A model generated the notes under the pieces. The model saw nothing but the letters and a program-made list of their open reading frames with translations, ran no database searches and had not been told where the DNA came from. A stretch of DNA of 64,000 nt from a virus (lineage: Duplodnaviria > Caudoviricetes): positions 1 through 64,000 of the IMG/VR virus record IMGVR_UViG_2706794911_000004. One strand, 5' to 3'. Shown one piece after another: positions 28,353 through 38,738 of this stretch. The translations under genes were made by a program, and so were the position numbers. The number at the start of each line of letters is the position of its first letter. The stretch's first letter is position 1.

Positions 28353-28388
28353 TCTCTCCTTTATTTAATTTTTAATTTTGAGTAAAGA

Positions 28389-29297
28389 TTAATTAACCTC
28401 TACTCCTGTCACTTTAATAAAGTCTTCTAAAGTGGCTTTAAATAATTTACCTTCATCCACCATTTCTTCTGCTGAATTAACACTAGCAGGTTTTTCTTCC
28501 TCAGCATCAGTCCAAACTATTATTTCAAATTCCTCTTCTTGGTTTAACCTTTCCATTGGAGAGAATGGGTCTGTTTCTATCACTAAGAATTTAGGTTTTT
28601 CACCTTCCCTATCGGTCCAAGCTATTACTTCAATTTCTTCACCTTCAAGTTCTTGAAGTTTTTCATCAGTGATACCATTTAAAGTATCCATACCATATGT
28701 TTCAAAATCTAATTTTGTTAGTGGTTCTAATAGAGCAGTTTCAACCCATTCACCTTCGGATAATAGATGGATTTTATTAGAGGATTTTATTAGGTGCTTA
28801 TATGTGTCTATACCCCATATCTCAAACTCTGCTATGATATATCTTCCATTATTAGGGTCTACGCCCTTTTCAGTAAGATAAAGCCTGTAAAATGAATACG
28901 CATTTAAACTATCTACTTGATACTCTCTAATTTCTGAACTGCTCCACGTTGGCTCACTTGAAACAGAGTGTAAATCAGTCCAAGTTTCATTATTGTTACT
29001 ACCTTGTAAAATCCATCCTCTCGGCATGGAAGTTGTATACTTAAAAGACCCTGCTAAACTATCTGCCTGTAGCTTGTATTCTTTAACACAATATTTTTTA
29101 GGCATTGTTACAGTTATCGTTGTATTTATGGGAGCATTATTCCCACTAAACCAAGAGTTTTCAAAGTTTGTAGGGGGCTCTCTGTCAAATAGCTTCCATA
29201 TAGCATGGGTTTCATTAAGTTGCGAATTAGTGTTTACAGAAAAACCGTCTTGTGTGTATCCTGTCATTTTAGGAACAATTCTGAATAAATTAGCCAT
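28389..29297 (-). CDS. Discoidin (F5/8 type C)-like domain protein with shared linker
   Basis: PKMTG, WKLFD, PRGWILQGSNNNETWTDL, YSFYRL, IAEFEIWG. Confidence 0.75.
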   Translation of the reverse strand: MANLFRIVPKMTGYTQDGFSVNTNSQLNETHAIWKLFDREPPTNFENSWFSGNNAPINTTITVTMPKKYCVKEYKLQADSLAGSFKYTTSMPRGWILQGSNNNETWTDLHSVSSEPTWSSSEIREYQVDSLNAYSFYRLYLTEKGVDPNNGRYIIAEFEIWGIDTYKHLIKSSNKIHLLSEGEWVETALLEPLTKLDFETYGMDTLNGITDEKLQELEGEEIEVIAWTDREGEKPKFLVIETDPFSPMERLNQEEEFEIIVWTDAEEEKPASVNSAEEMVDEGKLFKATLEDFIKVTGVEVN

Positions 29298-29999
29298 TTA
29301 TCTCACCCCCATCCCGTTTATTTTCCACTCATTCTTATTTATGGTCTTCCTAACAACTCTACCATCTTCTAAAACCCCTGCTTCATTCATTTCAATAGCA
29401 ACTTTACTAACTTCTTTTTCATACCCTTCTAGAGCATCCATTCCCCACTGTTCAAATTGCTCTTGTGTAGGAGTTGATAGGTTAGGGTATGTTAATGCAT
29501 TGTCTAATAAAGTGTGAATTTTATTTGAAGATTTTATGAGGTGTTTTGTATTATAAGCATCAATATCTACTAATTCACCATCTTCATTAATATCAATAGC
29601 ATCAAATGACCATCTTCTTAGGTCGTTTTTTGCTTTGAAGACCGCTTCGTGAATTTTACTAACCAATCCTGTTACTTCAAACATTAGTTTTTGATGTGAG
29701 GTTCCACTATTGACTGAAAATGATGGGTACTCTACACCATCTATTGTACATGTTAGATCTGTAGTATACTCAGTGTGTACAGAAGCTATAAATCTTAAAT
29801 CAGTACCCTTAAACTTAAATCTTGCGGTCACATCAGTATCTATTGGATTGGTGGGTATATAATGAAGAGTCCCATTGTAGTAAGCAGAGTTATAGTGTAT
29901 ACCCCATCCAGTACCTGTATATTCAATATAACTATTTGTATCATCGTATCTTTCCCAACCATTCTCTGGTTGTAATAATTGCTGTCCGATTAAACTCAT
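29298..29999 (-). CDS. Carbohydrate-binding jelly-roll-like protein with shared linker
   Basis: QLLQPENGWERYDD...FKFKGT...TIDG...FDAIDI. Confidence 0.7.
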   Translation of the reverse strand: MSLIGQQLLQPENGWERYDDTNSYIEYTGTGWGIHYNSAYYNGTLHYIPTNPIDTDVTARFKFKGTDLRFIASVHTEYTTDLTCTIDGVEYPSFSVNSGTSHQKLMFEVTGLVSKIHEAVFKAKNDLRRWSFDAIDINEDGELVDIDAYNTKHLIKSSNKIHTLLDNALTYPNLSTPTQEQFEQWGMDALEGYEKEVSKVAIEMNEAGVLEDGRVVRKTINKNEWKINGMGVR

Positions 30000-30032
30000 T
30001 TATGTCACTTCCTCTCTAATAAAATCAAACTA

Positions 30033-31013
30033 TTATTTAACTGTCATACTTTGTATTTCATTTTGCCATTTATCTGGTGCAATCTTTCTAGTATATACCT
30101 TACCCTCCCCCTCATCCCTGTCATATTCCATAGTTTTTACTGCTTTGGTGGTTGGGGTGACTATGCTAGCTAAGCTATCCATGCCATATTCTTCAAAGTT
30201 GGCTTGCGTTAGTGGTTCTTGAAGTTCCGTATTTATCCATTCGTTAGCTGGATAGGTGTATATGTTACTGGTCGATTTCACTAAATATTTAAACATGTTT
30301 AAACTATAGATGGCATCTGTTCGCATAGCTATATTTTGAAGAGTTCCGTTATAGTTCACATTAGCTGAATTTATTACTGTAGTCCCACTTTCCTCATCAA
30401 ATCTATAAAGTCCAACAAGTCCTTCTTCGTTGCCTTTTAAATATCTGTTATGATAGTGTGCTACCTCCTCATCAGTTAATGCCCTATCCCAAAATCTAAC
30501 ATCGTTTATTAATCCCTTACTAGCGTAGTGTGTTGTAGATACAGTATTACTTAGGAACCTTGGCGGATAAGTACCACTAGCTGACGAAATCACACCGCTT
30601 CTTACAAAAGGTGATCCTTCACCTAAAAACTCATCATTGCTAAATAGTCTTACTTTGTTTGTTTCGGTATTTACTGCTGCTGTAAAGATATAAACTTGAC
30701 CTAGCTGAAAATTCGGAATGAGTGCAGTAGCAATCACCAGAGAATCAGTAGTCATCAATCTTCCACCAAAAGCTAGAAGTTTTGTACTCACGTCTACGTA
30801 AAAATTGAATTTGGTGTTACTACCACCGATGCGTGACTGAAATATATAAAAATGATTACCGTCATGTACACCACCTGCACTGACTATACAAGCAGCTTGG
30901 ATAGTCATTTCTGTCTTTCCTGCTAGACTATCCGTAATAAAGGATTCTGGGATTGTGACTCCAGTATTGTAACTGCCGTTGTTCACAACAGCACCAATAT
31001 TATTTTCACTCAA
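30033..31013 (-). CDS. LamG/ConA-like domain protein with shared linker
   Basis: GLINDVRFWDRALTDEEV...GNEEGLVGLYRFDEESG. Confidence 0.78.
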   Translation of the reverse strand: MSENNIGAVVNNGSYNTGVTIPESFITDSLAGKTEMTIQAACIVSAGGVHDGNHFYIFQSRIGGSNTKFNFYVDVSTKLLAFGGRLMTTDSLVIATALIPNFQLGQVYIFTAAVNTETNKVRLFSNDEFLGEGSPFVRSGVISSASGTYPPRFLSNTVSTTHYASKGLINDVRFWDRALTDEEVAHYHNRYLKGNEEGLVGLYRFDEESGTTVINSANVNYNGTLQNIAMRTDAIYSLNMFKYLVKSTSNIYTYPANEWINTELQEPLTQANFEEYGMDSLASIVTPTTKAVKTMEYDRDEGEGKVYTRKIAPDKWQNEIQSMTVK

Positions 31014-31016
31014 CTG

Positions 31017-31805
31017 TTAATCTCCTCCTTGCTTTAGATTTGACGATATACTCAGTATATCTTTAAATCTATTTAAGTCTAATTGATATTCATGCACTCT
31101 ACCTTCCCCCACGGCATATTTGAAAATCATATCTTCTGCTATCTCTATCTCTTCTTCTTTATCTTCACTGGCCTCTACTTCTATAGACTGTATTTTAGCT
31201 TTGCCTTCTGTGGGAACTTGTAGGCTGACTTCCCCCGCCCCTTCACCTTCAAAGGTAAAACCTTCTCCGTGGTCGAGTATTACATCTCCTGTGGTAGTGG
31301 GGGATAAGTCATGTTGAAACCTTCTTTGAAACGTAAAAGTATCCCTATCCTCTTTTATAATACTATAGGAAAAAGTATTAGTGAGTCCGTTGGCATCCGT
31401 TACTGTCAACAACACTGTATTATCTGTCAATGTAAGATTCTCTGTAGATATTTGCAGACTTAAGTCTGCTGGTGTGGACTGTGTATCACCTGAAGTTATG
31501 TCGACACCGTTAACTATTAATGCGTAGTTTATACCTATACCACCGTCACTAGTTACTTCACAAGTCAGCACAACATTTGATGCATCCGTGTCCCATATGT
31601 TAGTGCGCGAGAATCCAGCAGCACTAATGGACGGTGGAGTGCTGTATATTTCATAATGGTGTGCCCACGTATCAGGAGATACATCCCACACAGACGTTGC
31701 ATAGCCGTTGCCCGACACGTGTGGGTTCTGTGCATCTGGTTCTATATTGTCCGTAAAATCCCAAGTATCTGGGTATGCCAACCACCTAACTATAGATTGT
31801 CCCAT
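31017..31805 (-). CDS. Ig-like virion protein sharing the cassette C-terminal motif
   Basis: NTVLLTVTDANG; C-terminal EDM...GEGRVHEY. Confidence 0.6.
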   Translation of the reverse strand: MGQSIVRWLAYPDTWDFTDNIEPDAQNPHVSGNGYATSVWDVSPDTWAHHYEIYSTPPSISAAGFSRTNIWDTDASNVVLTCEVTSDGGIGINYALIVNGVDITSGDTQSTPADLSLQISTENLTLTDNTVLLTVTDANGLTNTFSYSIIKEDRDTFTFQRRFQHDLSPTTTGDVILDHGEGFTFEGEGAGEVSLQVPTEGKAKIQSIEVEASEDKEEEIEIAEDMIFKYAVGEGRVHEYQLDLNRFKDILSISSNLKQGGD

Positions 31806-31822
31806 ACGATATCATCCTCCCC

Positions 31823-32896
31823 CTACAAGCACAGCCTACAACCTACTTCTGCGGAGGTATACAAATCAAGGCGACTTGATAACGTTCGAAACACGCCCGC
31901 ACCCATACCTGAACTATACGCCCCACCAACGAAATAGAAGTAAACATGGCCATAGCCATCACTATAATTGCGGCCACTGTCGTACAAACCGCCAGTAGTA
32001 TTGGTTAACCCAGATGTGCGTGGAATAAATCCACTTTTAGGCTCAGTACGTATTGTTCTTATGTTACCTAGATTCATGGAAAGCGATGCTGATATCCTTT
32101 CATACCCTGTACCACCATTATTAAAATAAACATTAGACACGTCCAAAGGACCATTAGGGGAACGGCATCCATCCAGCATTACAGCCAGATTACCGTAGAT
32201 ATCTTCAATGCCCCTGTAAGACACCTGAACAGCATCTGCGGTAGATCCGTAGGTGTTGTTGCCTCTTTCCAGTGTACCACCTGTACTAACCGATGCCGCA
32301 CCACTAGTATACCCTAAGCCTATTTGACTCTGAGAGTCTGGGTGGCCATATTCAGTTATATAAAGCATTTGGATAAAACGCCATAGGTAATAGTCTAGCT
32401 GTGTCCACCCTAGCCCCATTGCTTTAGCAGCATCCCGTACAGCCTGTATGGTAATACTCCCTCGTGGTGTCTTGTTTGGTAGGCTCCGCAGCTTACCCTG
32501 CGGGTCAATCCAGCCAAGAAATGCACCTATATATCTGTGGTCTACCTCCACGGGTGTACCCGCAGCGTCCACGTGTACACTTCTGTCCCTAAAAAAAGCA
32601 TGGTCTATCTCCCACTCGTCCGCCCCGACGTAGTCAGTAGCCTGCGGGTCACCGGACACACCAAAATGGAATATATTACCATCCGCATCATACTTCTTAA
32701 CAGAATATGCTTTGGGAATCTGAACCATGGCGTTCTGACTCAGTGTTTCAACTTCCTCCCAGTCTACTTCAGTGCCGTCTGACTTCAAGTTACTGTTATC
32801 GGCATCTAAAAAGTACGCTACGGAATGATCTGGATTAACTACACACCTAGCTAACTGCCCCCAAGGAGCTACTTGATTTAAATTGTGTTCACTCAT
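31823..32896 (-). CDS. Putative receptor-binding protein with C-type-lectin (Mtd/FGE-like) fold
   Basis: MVQIPK, YIGAF.G, YRGIEDIYGN, C-terminal GGAYSSG.GAGVF...VGCRL. Confidence 0.7.
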   Translation of the reverse strand: MSEHNLNQVAPWGQLARCVVNPDHSVAYFLDADNSNLKSDGTEVDWEEVETLSQNAMVQIPKAYSVKKYDADGNIFHFGVSGDPQATDYVGADEWEIDHAFFRDRSVHVDAAGTPVEVDHRYIGAFLGWIDPQGKLRSLPNKTPRGSITIQAVRDAAKAMGLGWTQLDYYLWRFIQMLYITEYGHPDSQSQIGLGYTSGAASVSTGGTLERGNNTYGSTADAVQVSYRGIEDIYGNLAVMLDGCRSPNGPLDVSNVYFNNGGTGYERISASLSMNLGNIRTIRTEPKSGFIPRTSGLTNTTGGLYDSGRNYSDGYGHVYFYFVGGAYSSGMGAGVFRTLSSRLDLYTSAEVGCRLCL

Positions 32897-33504
32897 ATTT
32901 TTACCTCCCAATTCAATTCCCCGCCCACATTAGCTATGAGAGGAGCTTCAAAAGAATCTAAAACTCTGTCGCCGTTAACAAACTCTAGACACCCGTTCAA
33001 ATCCCTGTCAGATACTAGATGCACAGTAAGTATATACTCATTATCTCTACCATGTGGCAGGGTAACAATAGGCTTAAAGTTAAAAGTTGTTTCACCAATA
33101 ACCATTTCAGACTTATAGCCAAAACTATAACTTATAATGCCATTTAAAAACTTTCCCTTCTTCTTTCGCCCGCCCACATTAGTCTCTGAGTAGGCTCTTT
33201 TGTAGGTAATAATGTCTCTTTGGTACATGTTTTGGTTAGTTAACTCGTAGATATTATCTTTAGTCCTATACCTTATATCAACACGCTTACCTAGTATATT
33301 GAAAGTACCTCTTGAACACTCAAACCACATCTTCTTCTTTCTTCCTACTAAACCGAATCTTACTAATTTTTCCTTCTCTATATCGTAAAAGCTATTCTCC
33401 CTTATAGTCTCAAAGTCAAACTCGGCTAGACCGCCCTTATAATATTCTGCTAGCCACACATAGTCTTGAGATACAGGGGAGAAATTGGGACAATCTCTAA
33501 ACAT
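32893..33504 (-). CDS. Conserved hypothetical tail-region protein
   Basis: Coupled ORF. Confidence 0.7.
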   Translation of the reverse strand: MFRDCPNFSPVSQDYVWLAEYYKGGLAEFDFETIRENSFYDIEKEKLVRFGLVGRKKKMWFECSRGTFNILGKRVDIRYRTKDNIYELTNQNMYQRDIITYKRAYSETNVGGRKKKGKFLNGIISYSFGYKSEMVIGETTFNFKPIVTLPHGRDNEYILTVHLVSDRDLNGCLEFVNGDRVLDSFEAPLIANVGGELNWEVKI

Positions 33505-33518
33505 CCTCCCCGCCCCCC

Positions 33519-33977
33519 TTACACGTAAAAATACTCTACACGAAGCTTGAACTGCCTTAACCCTGCGGACACACCATGCAAGTCAGACTGAAAGTAGTTC
33601 GTAAGTTTGGCAAAGTTTACTGTGTTTGCTAAAACTCCAGTATTCGCAGTTCCTTGTATAGTACCTTCTGCCGCCCCGGCAGCACCTATAACATGTTTAG
33701 TTGCGCCCCCAACCTGAGTAAATGTGCTCTCATTTAACGAATCTACCCTTGTATAGACCCACTTGTTCGCAACCACATCCATCGTGTCGGCGGCACCATC
33801 AGTAGTAGTAAATTTACAATCTTGCATATGTGCTACGTCTTCAGCACCTTGGAAGTTATTCCAAATCAATATCTCCTGTTCGGCACTTTGCTGACCTGCG
33901 TTTAATGTGCCTATCTGCCATAGTGAAATAGCATCTGAATTATCACCTAGCCTCCATGAAACAACTGGTGCACTCAT
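33519..33977 (-). CDS. Putative virion structural protein
   Basis: Start MSAPVVSW after RBS AAAGGGGTG; LIWNN motif. Confidence 0.7.
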   Translation of the reverse strand: MSAPVVSWRLGDNSDAISLWQIGTLNAGQQSAEQEILIWNNFQGAEDVAHMQDCKFTTTDGAADTMDVVANKWVYTRVDSLNESTFTQVGGATKHVIGAAGAAEGTIQGTANTGVLANTVNFAKLTNYFQSDLHGVSAGLRQFKLRVEYFYV

Positions 33978-33999
33978 ATATAACACCCCTTTTCTAAAT

Positions 34000-34464
34000 T
34001 TAGTCAAGCATAAAATCCACACAAATACTAATATCAGCAGAACCAAGACTACCATTTGCGTTTACCTGTAATGATTCAAAATCTAAGCTACCTGTTAGAC
34101 TTGCCTGAGCAAAAGTAGCTCCCACAGGTACTGTAATAGTCTCCAACGTCCCGCCACCCTTTAATAACACCACAACCAAGTCGATGTCAAAAGGCTTAGG
34201 GAAGCTGACATACATAGTCTTTAATGTACCCTTATAGGGAATATACAGTGACACTGTATGATTCTCTTGCGTAATCTGCTTAATATAGAAAACTGCTGTC
34301 TTTTTTATTGATAATTTTTCGGCTAAACTAGCCTTGTCGCCCCTAGCCTCATCTATCTCAGTTAGATAACTGTCTATAACAGCATGTGTTCTCTGTCCCT
34401 TATTAATAAGATCGTTATGATCATTTGTGGCGGTTTCACCCGCCCTGTTAAATCTCACTGACAT
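34000..34464 (-). CDS. Putative tail-fibre-associated protein
   Basis: DHNDLINKG...H..ID...EIDEARG motif. Confidence 0.65.
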   Translation of the reverse strand: MSVRFNRAGETATNDHNDLINKGQRTHAVIDSYLTEIDEARGDKASLAEKLSIKKTAVFYIKQITQENHTVSLYIPYKGTLKTMYVSFPKPFDIDLVVVLLKGGGTLETITVPVGATFAQASLTGSLDFESLQVNANGSLGSADISICVDFMLD

Positions 34465-34468
34465 ATTA

Positions 34469-35596
34469 TCAACCTACCGATCCTGAAACTATATTAAGCC
34501 CAAAGTAAAACTCTGGAACTGCTGACTCTAACTCAGTTGCCCTTCTAACTCTAAGGTAAAAGCTCTTTTCTCCTAAAGCAGGTATGCTGCCTAATGCTGC
34601 GATGTTGCTAAAATTACTACCGTCTACTGAAACAGAAACGAACTGATTATAATGGTCTGTGTCTTTATGCATAGAAGGTTCTATACTTACGCTATTAAAA
34701 ATAGCACTGTGTGGATTTTTAACTGTCATAGCTATATCCCTGAACTCAGTAGTGCCTGAACCTGCCACTGAGTTCAGATACCCAAGAAACTCCTCTTCGT
34801 TAGCATCTACCCTTTTGTAAACACCGTCCTTGTCTGTGTAATATAAATCAAGGCTTAACTGAAACCTAAACTCATCCCCGCCCCACAATTCTCTGTTACT
34901 CTCGTCCTGTAGTATTGAGTTACCCTCCCACTTAAATTTACCTGTGACAGGTATTCCTAATAACGACAAATCAAAAGCTGTGGGGTAGTGAGCTGAATTA
35001 GTTTTTTCTGTTACCTCGTTACCATCTTCGTCAAGTAGTTTTAGCTTAGTACCTGCTGGTGGGTTCTCTATATACACGTTCACACTTCTGAATATCCTTA
35101 CGTAGTCCACCAACAAGTGTTCAGTACTACCATCTACGAATAATCCAATCTTGGGAGAAACCTCACCGAAATTTTGGGTACCCACTAGTTGCCATGTCTT
35201 ACCATCCTTCGACCAGTAGCCTGTGTAGACATTATAGTCCCTTACTAACCTTAGCCATGGGTAGGTGTTGGCAATACCTTTATCTACGTCAAAATATTCT
35301 TCTAGAGCAATGAAATTGTTCGCATCCGAGTATATCACTATGCCACCTATCTCACCCGCCTGAGTGGGGTTATAGGTATTCTTTACATCCATCACAAAGC
35401 GTTTTTCTTCTGTTAACTGATTAAAGAACAGATATAGTGGTGTACCCCCGCCCTCAAGATGAAGACGGGTGCCATCCGTATAGTACCTACTAGGGACATT
35501 GGGAGAAGCCTCCCATTGGTCACCTAGAGAACTCGAAAAATCCGATTGATATATAAAACCCGACTTTAGTTTTGTCACTATCGCCACACTAACCAC
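34469..35596 (-). CDS. ConA-like (GH43 C-terminal-like) domain virion protein
   Basis: GGIVIY, WLRLVR..NVYTGYWSKDGKTW, KIGLF, VDYVRI. Confidence 0.7.
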   Translation of the reverse strand: MVSVAIVTKLKSGFIYQSDFSSSLGDQWEASPNVPSRYYTDGTRLHLEGGGTPLYLFFNQLTEEKRFVMDVKNTYNPTQAGEIGGIVIYSDANNFIALEEYFDVDKGIANTYPWLRLVRDYNVYTGYWSKDGKTWQLVGTQNFGEVSPKIGLFVDGSTEHLLVDYVRIFRSVNVYIENPPAGTKLKLLDEDGNEVTEKTNSAHYPTAFDLSLLGIPVTGKFKWEGNSILQDESNRELWGGDEFRFQLSLDLYYTDKDGVYKRVDANEEEFLGYLNSVAGSGTTEFRDIAMTVKNPHSAIFNSVSIEPSMHKDTDHYNQFVSVSVDGSNFSNIAALGSIPALGEKSFYLRVRRATELESAVPEFYFGLNIVSGSVG

Positions 35597-35627
35597 CTAC
35601 CTACCTTTAGTATAGGTACAAACTTGC

Positions 35628-38600
35628 TTAGGTAAACAGCCAAATCTTCTTACCTATAGAACAACCTTCAATAACTGGCTCGTACTCAAAGGTAAATATC
35701 TGACACTTGTCAGACTCTTCCTCTAGCAGTACAATGTTTACGTTATATGACTCTTCCGCCCCCACAAATTTGTAACCATCATATTCTTTTTTGCTTACTG
35801 TATAAACTCCGGGCATAAGATTAAACAGATACTCCGTTTCCAGAAGCTGGCTTGTTGTTACATCAATATGCTGTACTTCTATACAATCGAGTACTGGATC
35901 TTTAATGGTAGTACGCTTATACTTAAACTCAACTTCGGCACAAACATCATCTTTTGGCACATACATACTTTTTGAAGCATCGTCCCGCAACTCGTAGTGG
36001 TTTATTGTAATAGCTTCAAATGTACGATTACCTTCTTTAAGATCTTTAAATTCTTGTCTCAGTAAAACTTGACCAGTATCTATATCCACATGCCGTACTA
36101 TTGCACAACCTTCGGCTGGTAGTAAGTCTAAAAGACATCCTATTAGGGCTTCTACACACTTATCCCCGCCCTTTGGTTCGCAGTAAGGTGTAACCATTAC
36201 ATCATCACATACCCAATTAGTTAAGCGCAACCAGTTAATTTTTGCATAGTCCCATGTGTAATCATCATTATCATTCTGAAAAACCCATCTGTATTTATTT
36301 AAGCCTTTATTGACCGGATGTGCTACCTCGCCGCTTTTCTCGTGCTCTAAACTATTCTTAAGTGCGCCATTAATATAAAAGTCTAACTTACTTGAGAACG
36401 GACTAGCAACTAGCTCGTAGCAACCTTCTACGACAAAATTGTTTATAACGAACAACGTCCTGAAGTCAATACCATTTAATACCTCGCCTTTTTGTTCTGT
36501 AGAGATGGATACTTCAAAGCTATCAGGTAAGCCATCAAAATGAAACTCATATACTCCCTCGTCTGTATACGTCTCCGTCATACCGTCTACATCTACAGTT
36601 ATGTTACTTCCACTACAGCCCCCACCATATATTGGCTCATACTCATATAACCTAAAATTAATTGCCTCAAATCTTGAATCCTTGTACTCTTTCACCTTTT
36701 CGTAGTCATATCCGTCTATCCAGAACATGCCATTAAAGAACTCGAAAAGAGGCATACCCTCACACTCGTTCATAATGTTTTCAGTGTGGTAAGAGAATGT
36801 TAACTCCACAGGATCATCGAAAGGATTAGTAACATCCAGTTCTATCCTACCGCCGTCAAAGAGTATATCATCATGCCTATTCTTAAAATAACTGTTTGCA
36901 CCAGAGCTACTTGAGCTCACATTATCTAAAAATAGTCTTATACCATCTGGATAGCACATGCCGTCCTGTAAGTGATCGCCTAGTGTACCTTCTTTGTGTC
37001 TCTCTACCTTAATAGCATCTAACCACAACCATCTACCTACTTGAACATTGTCCTGTGCTTTAAACGTGTCGGGACTAGGGGTTTTTAGAAAGTCAGCTAG
37101 GTCAGCTACCTTGAACTCCGCCCCCTTATAGTCAGCAGGTATATCTGTTATAGGGACTTCTTGTAATTGTTCTGTGAGAGTTAATCCACTTAATGTGAAC
37201 CCGCCCCCCTTATCCTTTATCCCGCCCGCAGTACCAAAATCCTTCATCAGATAGTATACAACTCTGTAAGTCTTATCAGTAGGCACAGTAAAGTTTATAT
37301 GCTGCCCCATTACCTCTCCGTAGGTATTTTCACTTATTACATTATTAGTACTAAGGTCTATTACCTTTACTAATACTTGTGTATTATCCTTCGCTGTTTG
37401 CTGTGCTGTGCCTAGTATATTTAAGCTGTACTTGACAGAGCCATAAAAATTTATACCATTTGCGTCCTTGTTCATATCTTCGTAGGTATCTTCAAGCTCC
37501 AAAACCAACCCGTACTCCCCCGCCTGCATATTATTATAAGACTTGCTTATCTTGCCGGGGTCACATAATGTACTAGGGTTGACAGAGACACAACCTATAT
37601 TTCCGTTTACATCTATAATTGTGTCTACTATTTTCCAGTCCAGGCCATCATATTTTACAAGATGTACTTTAAATATTCCCCGCCCAAAAGAGTCACCTAA
37701 CTGCCTCAGATATGTGTTATAATCAATATCCAAGTCGAACCTATGAGAGTCTATGGTCCATATGTCTATTGCTTTATATGCAATATCATTATCTCTGTGT
37801 GGTGTGGAGGTTGAGTCAAAGGTTATATACCCCCCACCATTAATTTTTTGCTGACCGTAGTTGTAGCCATAACCGCTATAGACGGACAGAAACTCACTGT
37901 AGCTTATGGGGCCATAACTAGACGAGGCGATATCCCTGTAAACTACTGCGCCATCATGATAAGCGTGGTGAGATACTCCGTCGTAGTATACGAAGTCCCC
38001 GCCATAGTCAACAGTACTCTTACTCACAGGGTTATATATTCGGCCAGCCTCGCTATCATAGTCAAACTTAGTTGTAACATTAAATGCTCTGTAATAAGGA
38101 ACGTGTGCGACAGACCCTCCAGATAGCGGAATGTGAACCAACCCATCCTTTATCTCAATGTTCTGCGAACCATTACTGCCATCACTGAGGTATATTCCTG
38201 CGTCACTTAAATCCCCAGCAGTCACCTCACTTAGGAGCTTTGTAAGTGTTGGGTATGTTTTATTAAATGTAGCGTATACCTTAGATGCGTGGGAGAGTAC
38301 TGATGCATCATTACCCTCATAAATTAGTGAATAGAAGTATTGCAACGTTTTAGGGTCACGTAAAAACATTAGATATTGCCTACCCTGTGAATCAGTAAAC
38401 ACTACACTGTTATCTCCAACCCAATCCAGTCCATGTATTTTATCTACAATACTTCTAACATGTGTTCTGGACTCTTGCCAACTCATATGGTCTATTGACT
38501 GTACAATACCGTTAGCAGAGTCTCTAGGCGTGACCACGTTACTGCTCCTACCTGTCCATGCGTTACCCTGCGTAGAACTTGTGCTACTTGAACCGTTATT

Positions 38601-38738
38601 GCTTCCGTAAGAAGATGGTTGCCTCACTATCTTGTGTGTGCCTGCAACCTGACCTCGTGTCACTGTACTACCATCAGCCTTCTTATACTCTATAATTCCT
38701 GCGTCCATTACTTCCTTGATAGTAGGATAACGAGCCAT
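35628..38738 (-). CDS. Large virion protein with two C-terminal MucBP-like repeats
   Basis: 1036 aa beta-rich; VRHVDIDTGQVL and VQHIDVTTSQLL repeats. Confidence 0.7.
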   Translation of the reverse strand: MARYPTIKEVMDAGIIEYKKADGSTVTRGQVAGTHKIVRQPSSYGSNNGSSSTSSTQGNAWTGRSSNVVTPRDSANGIVQSIDHMSWQESRTHVRSIVDKIHGLDWVGDNSVVFTDSQGRQYLMFLRDPKTLQYFYSLIYEGNDASVLSHASKVYATFNKTYPTLTKLLSEVTAGDLSDAGIYLSDGSNGSQNIEIKDGLVHIPLSGGSVAHVPYYRAFNVTTKFDYDSEAGRIYNPVSKSTVDYGGDFVYYDGVSHHAYHDGAVVYRDIASSSYGPISYSEFLSVYSGYGYNYGQQKINGGGYITFDSTSTPHRDNDIAYKAIDIWTIDSHRFDLDIDYNTYLRQLGDSFGRGIFKVHLVKYDGLDWKIVDTIIDVNGNIGCVSVNPSTLCDPGKISKSYNNMQAGEYGLVLELEDTYEDMNKDANGINFYGSVKYSLNILGTAQQTAKDNTQVLVKVIDLSTNNVISENTYGEVMGQHINFTVPTDKTYRVVYYLMKDFGTAGGIKDKGGGFTLSGLTLTEQLQEVPITDIPADYKGAEFKVADLADFLKTPSPDTFKAQDNVQVGRWLWLDAIKVERHKEGTLGDHLQDGMCYPDGIRLFLDNVSSSSSGANSYFKNRHDDILFDGGRIELDVTNPFDDPVELTFSYHTENIMNECEGMPLFEFFNGMFWIDGYDYEKVKEYKDSRFEAINFRLYEYEPIYGGGCSGSNITVDVDGMTETYTDEGVYEFHFDGLPDSFEVSISTEQKGEVLNGIDFRTLFVINNFVVEGCYELVASPFSSKLDFYINGALKNSLEHEKSGEVAHPVNKGLNKYRWVFQNDNDDYTWDYAKINWLRLTNWVCDDVMVTPYCEPKGGDKCVEALIGCLLDLLPAEGCAIVRHVDIDTGQVLLRQEFKDLKEGNRTFEAITINHYELRDDASKSMYVPKDDVCAEVEFKYKRTTIKDPVLDCIEVQHIDVTTSQLLETEYLFNLMPGVYTVSKKEYDGYKFVGAEESYNVNIVLLEEESDKCQIFTFEYEPVIEGCSIGKKIWLFT

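Noticed and set aside
23191-31805. Tyrosine-recombinase shufflon inverting tail-fibre cassettes
   Set aside because: All cassette genes are co-oriented with their own starts, and I saw no inverted crossover repeats
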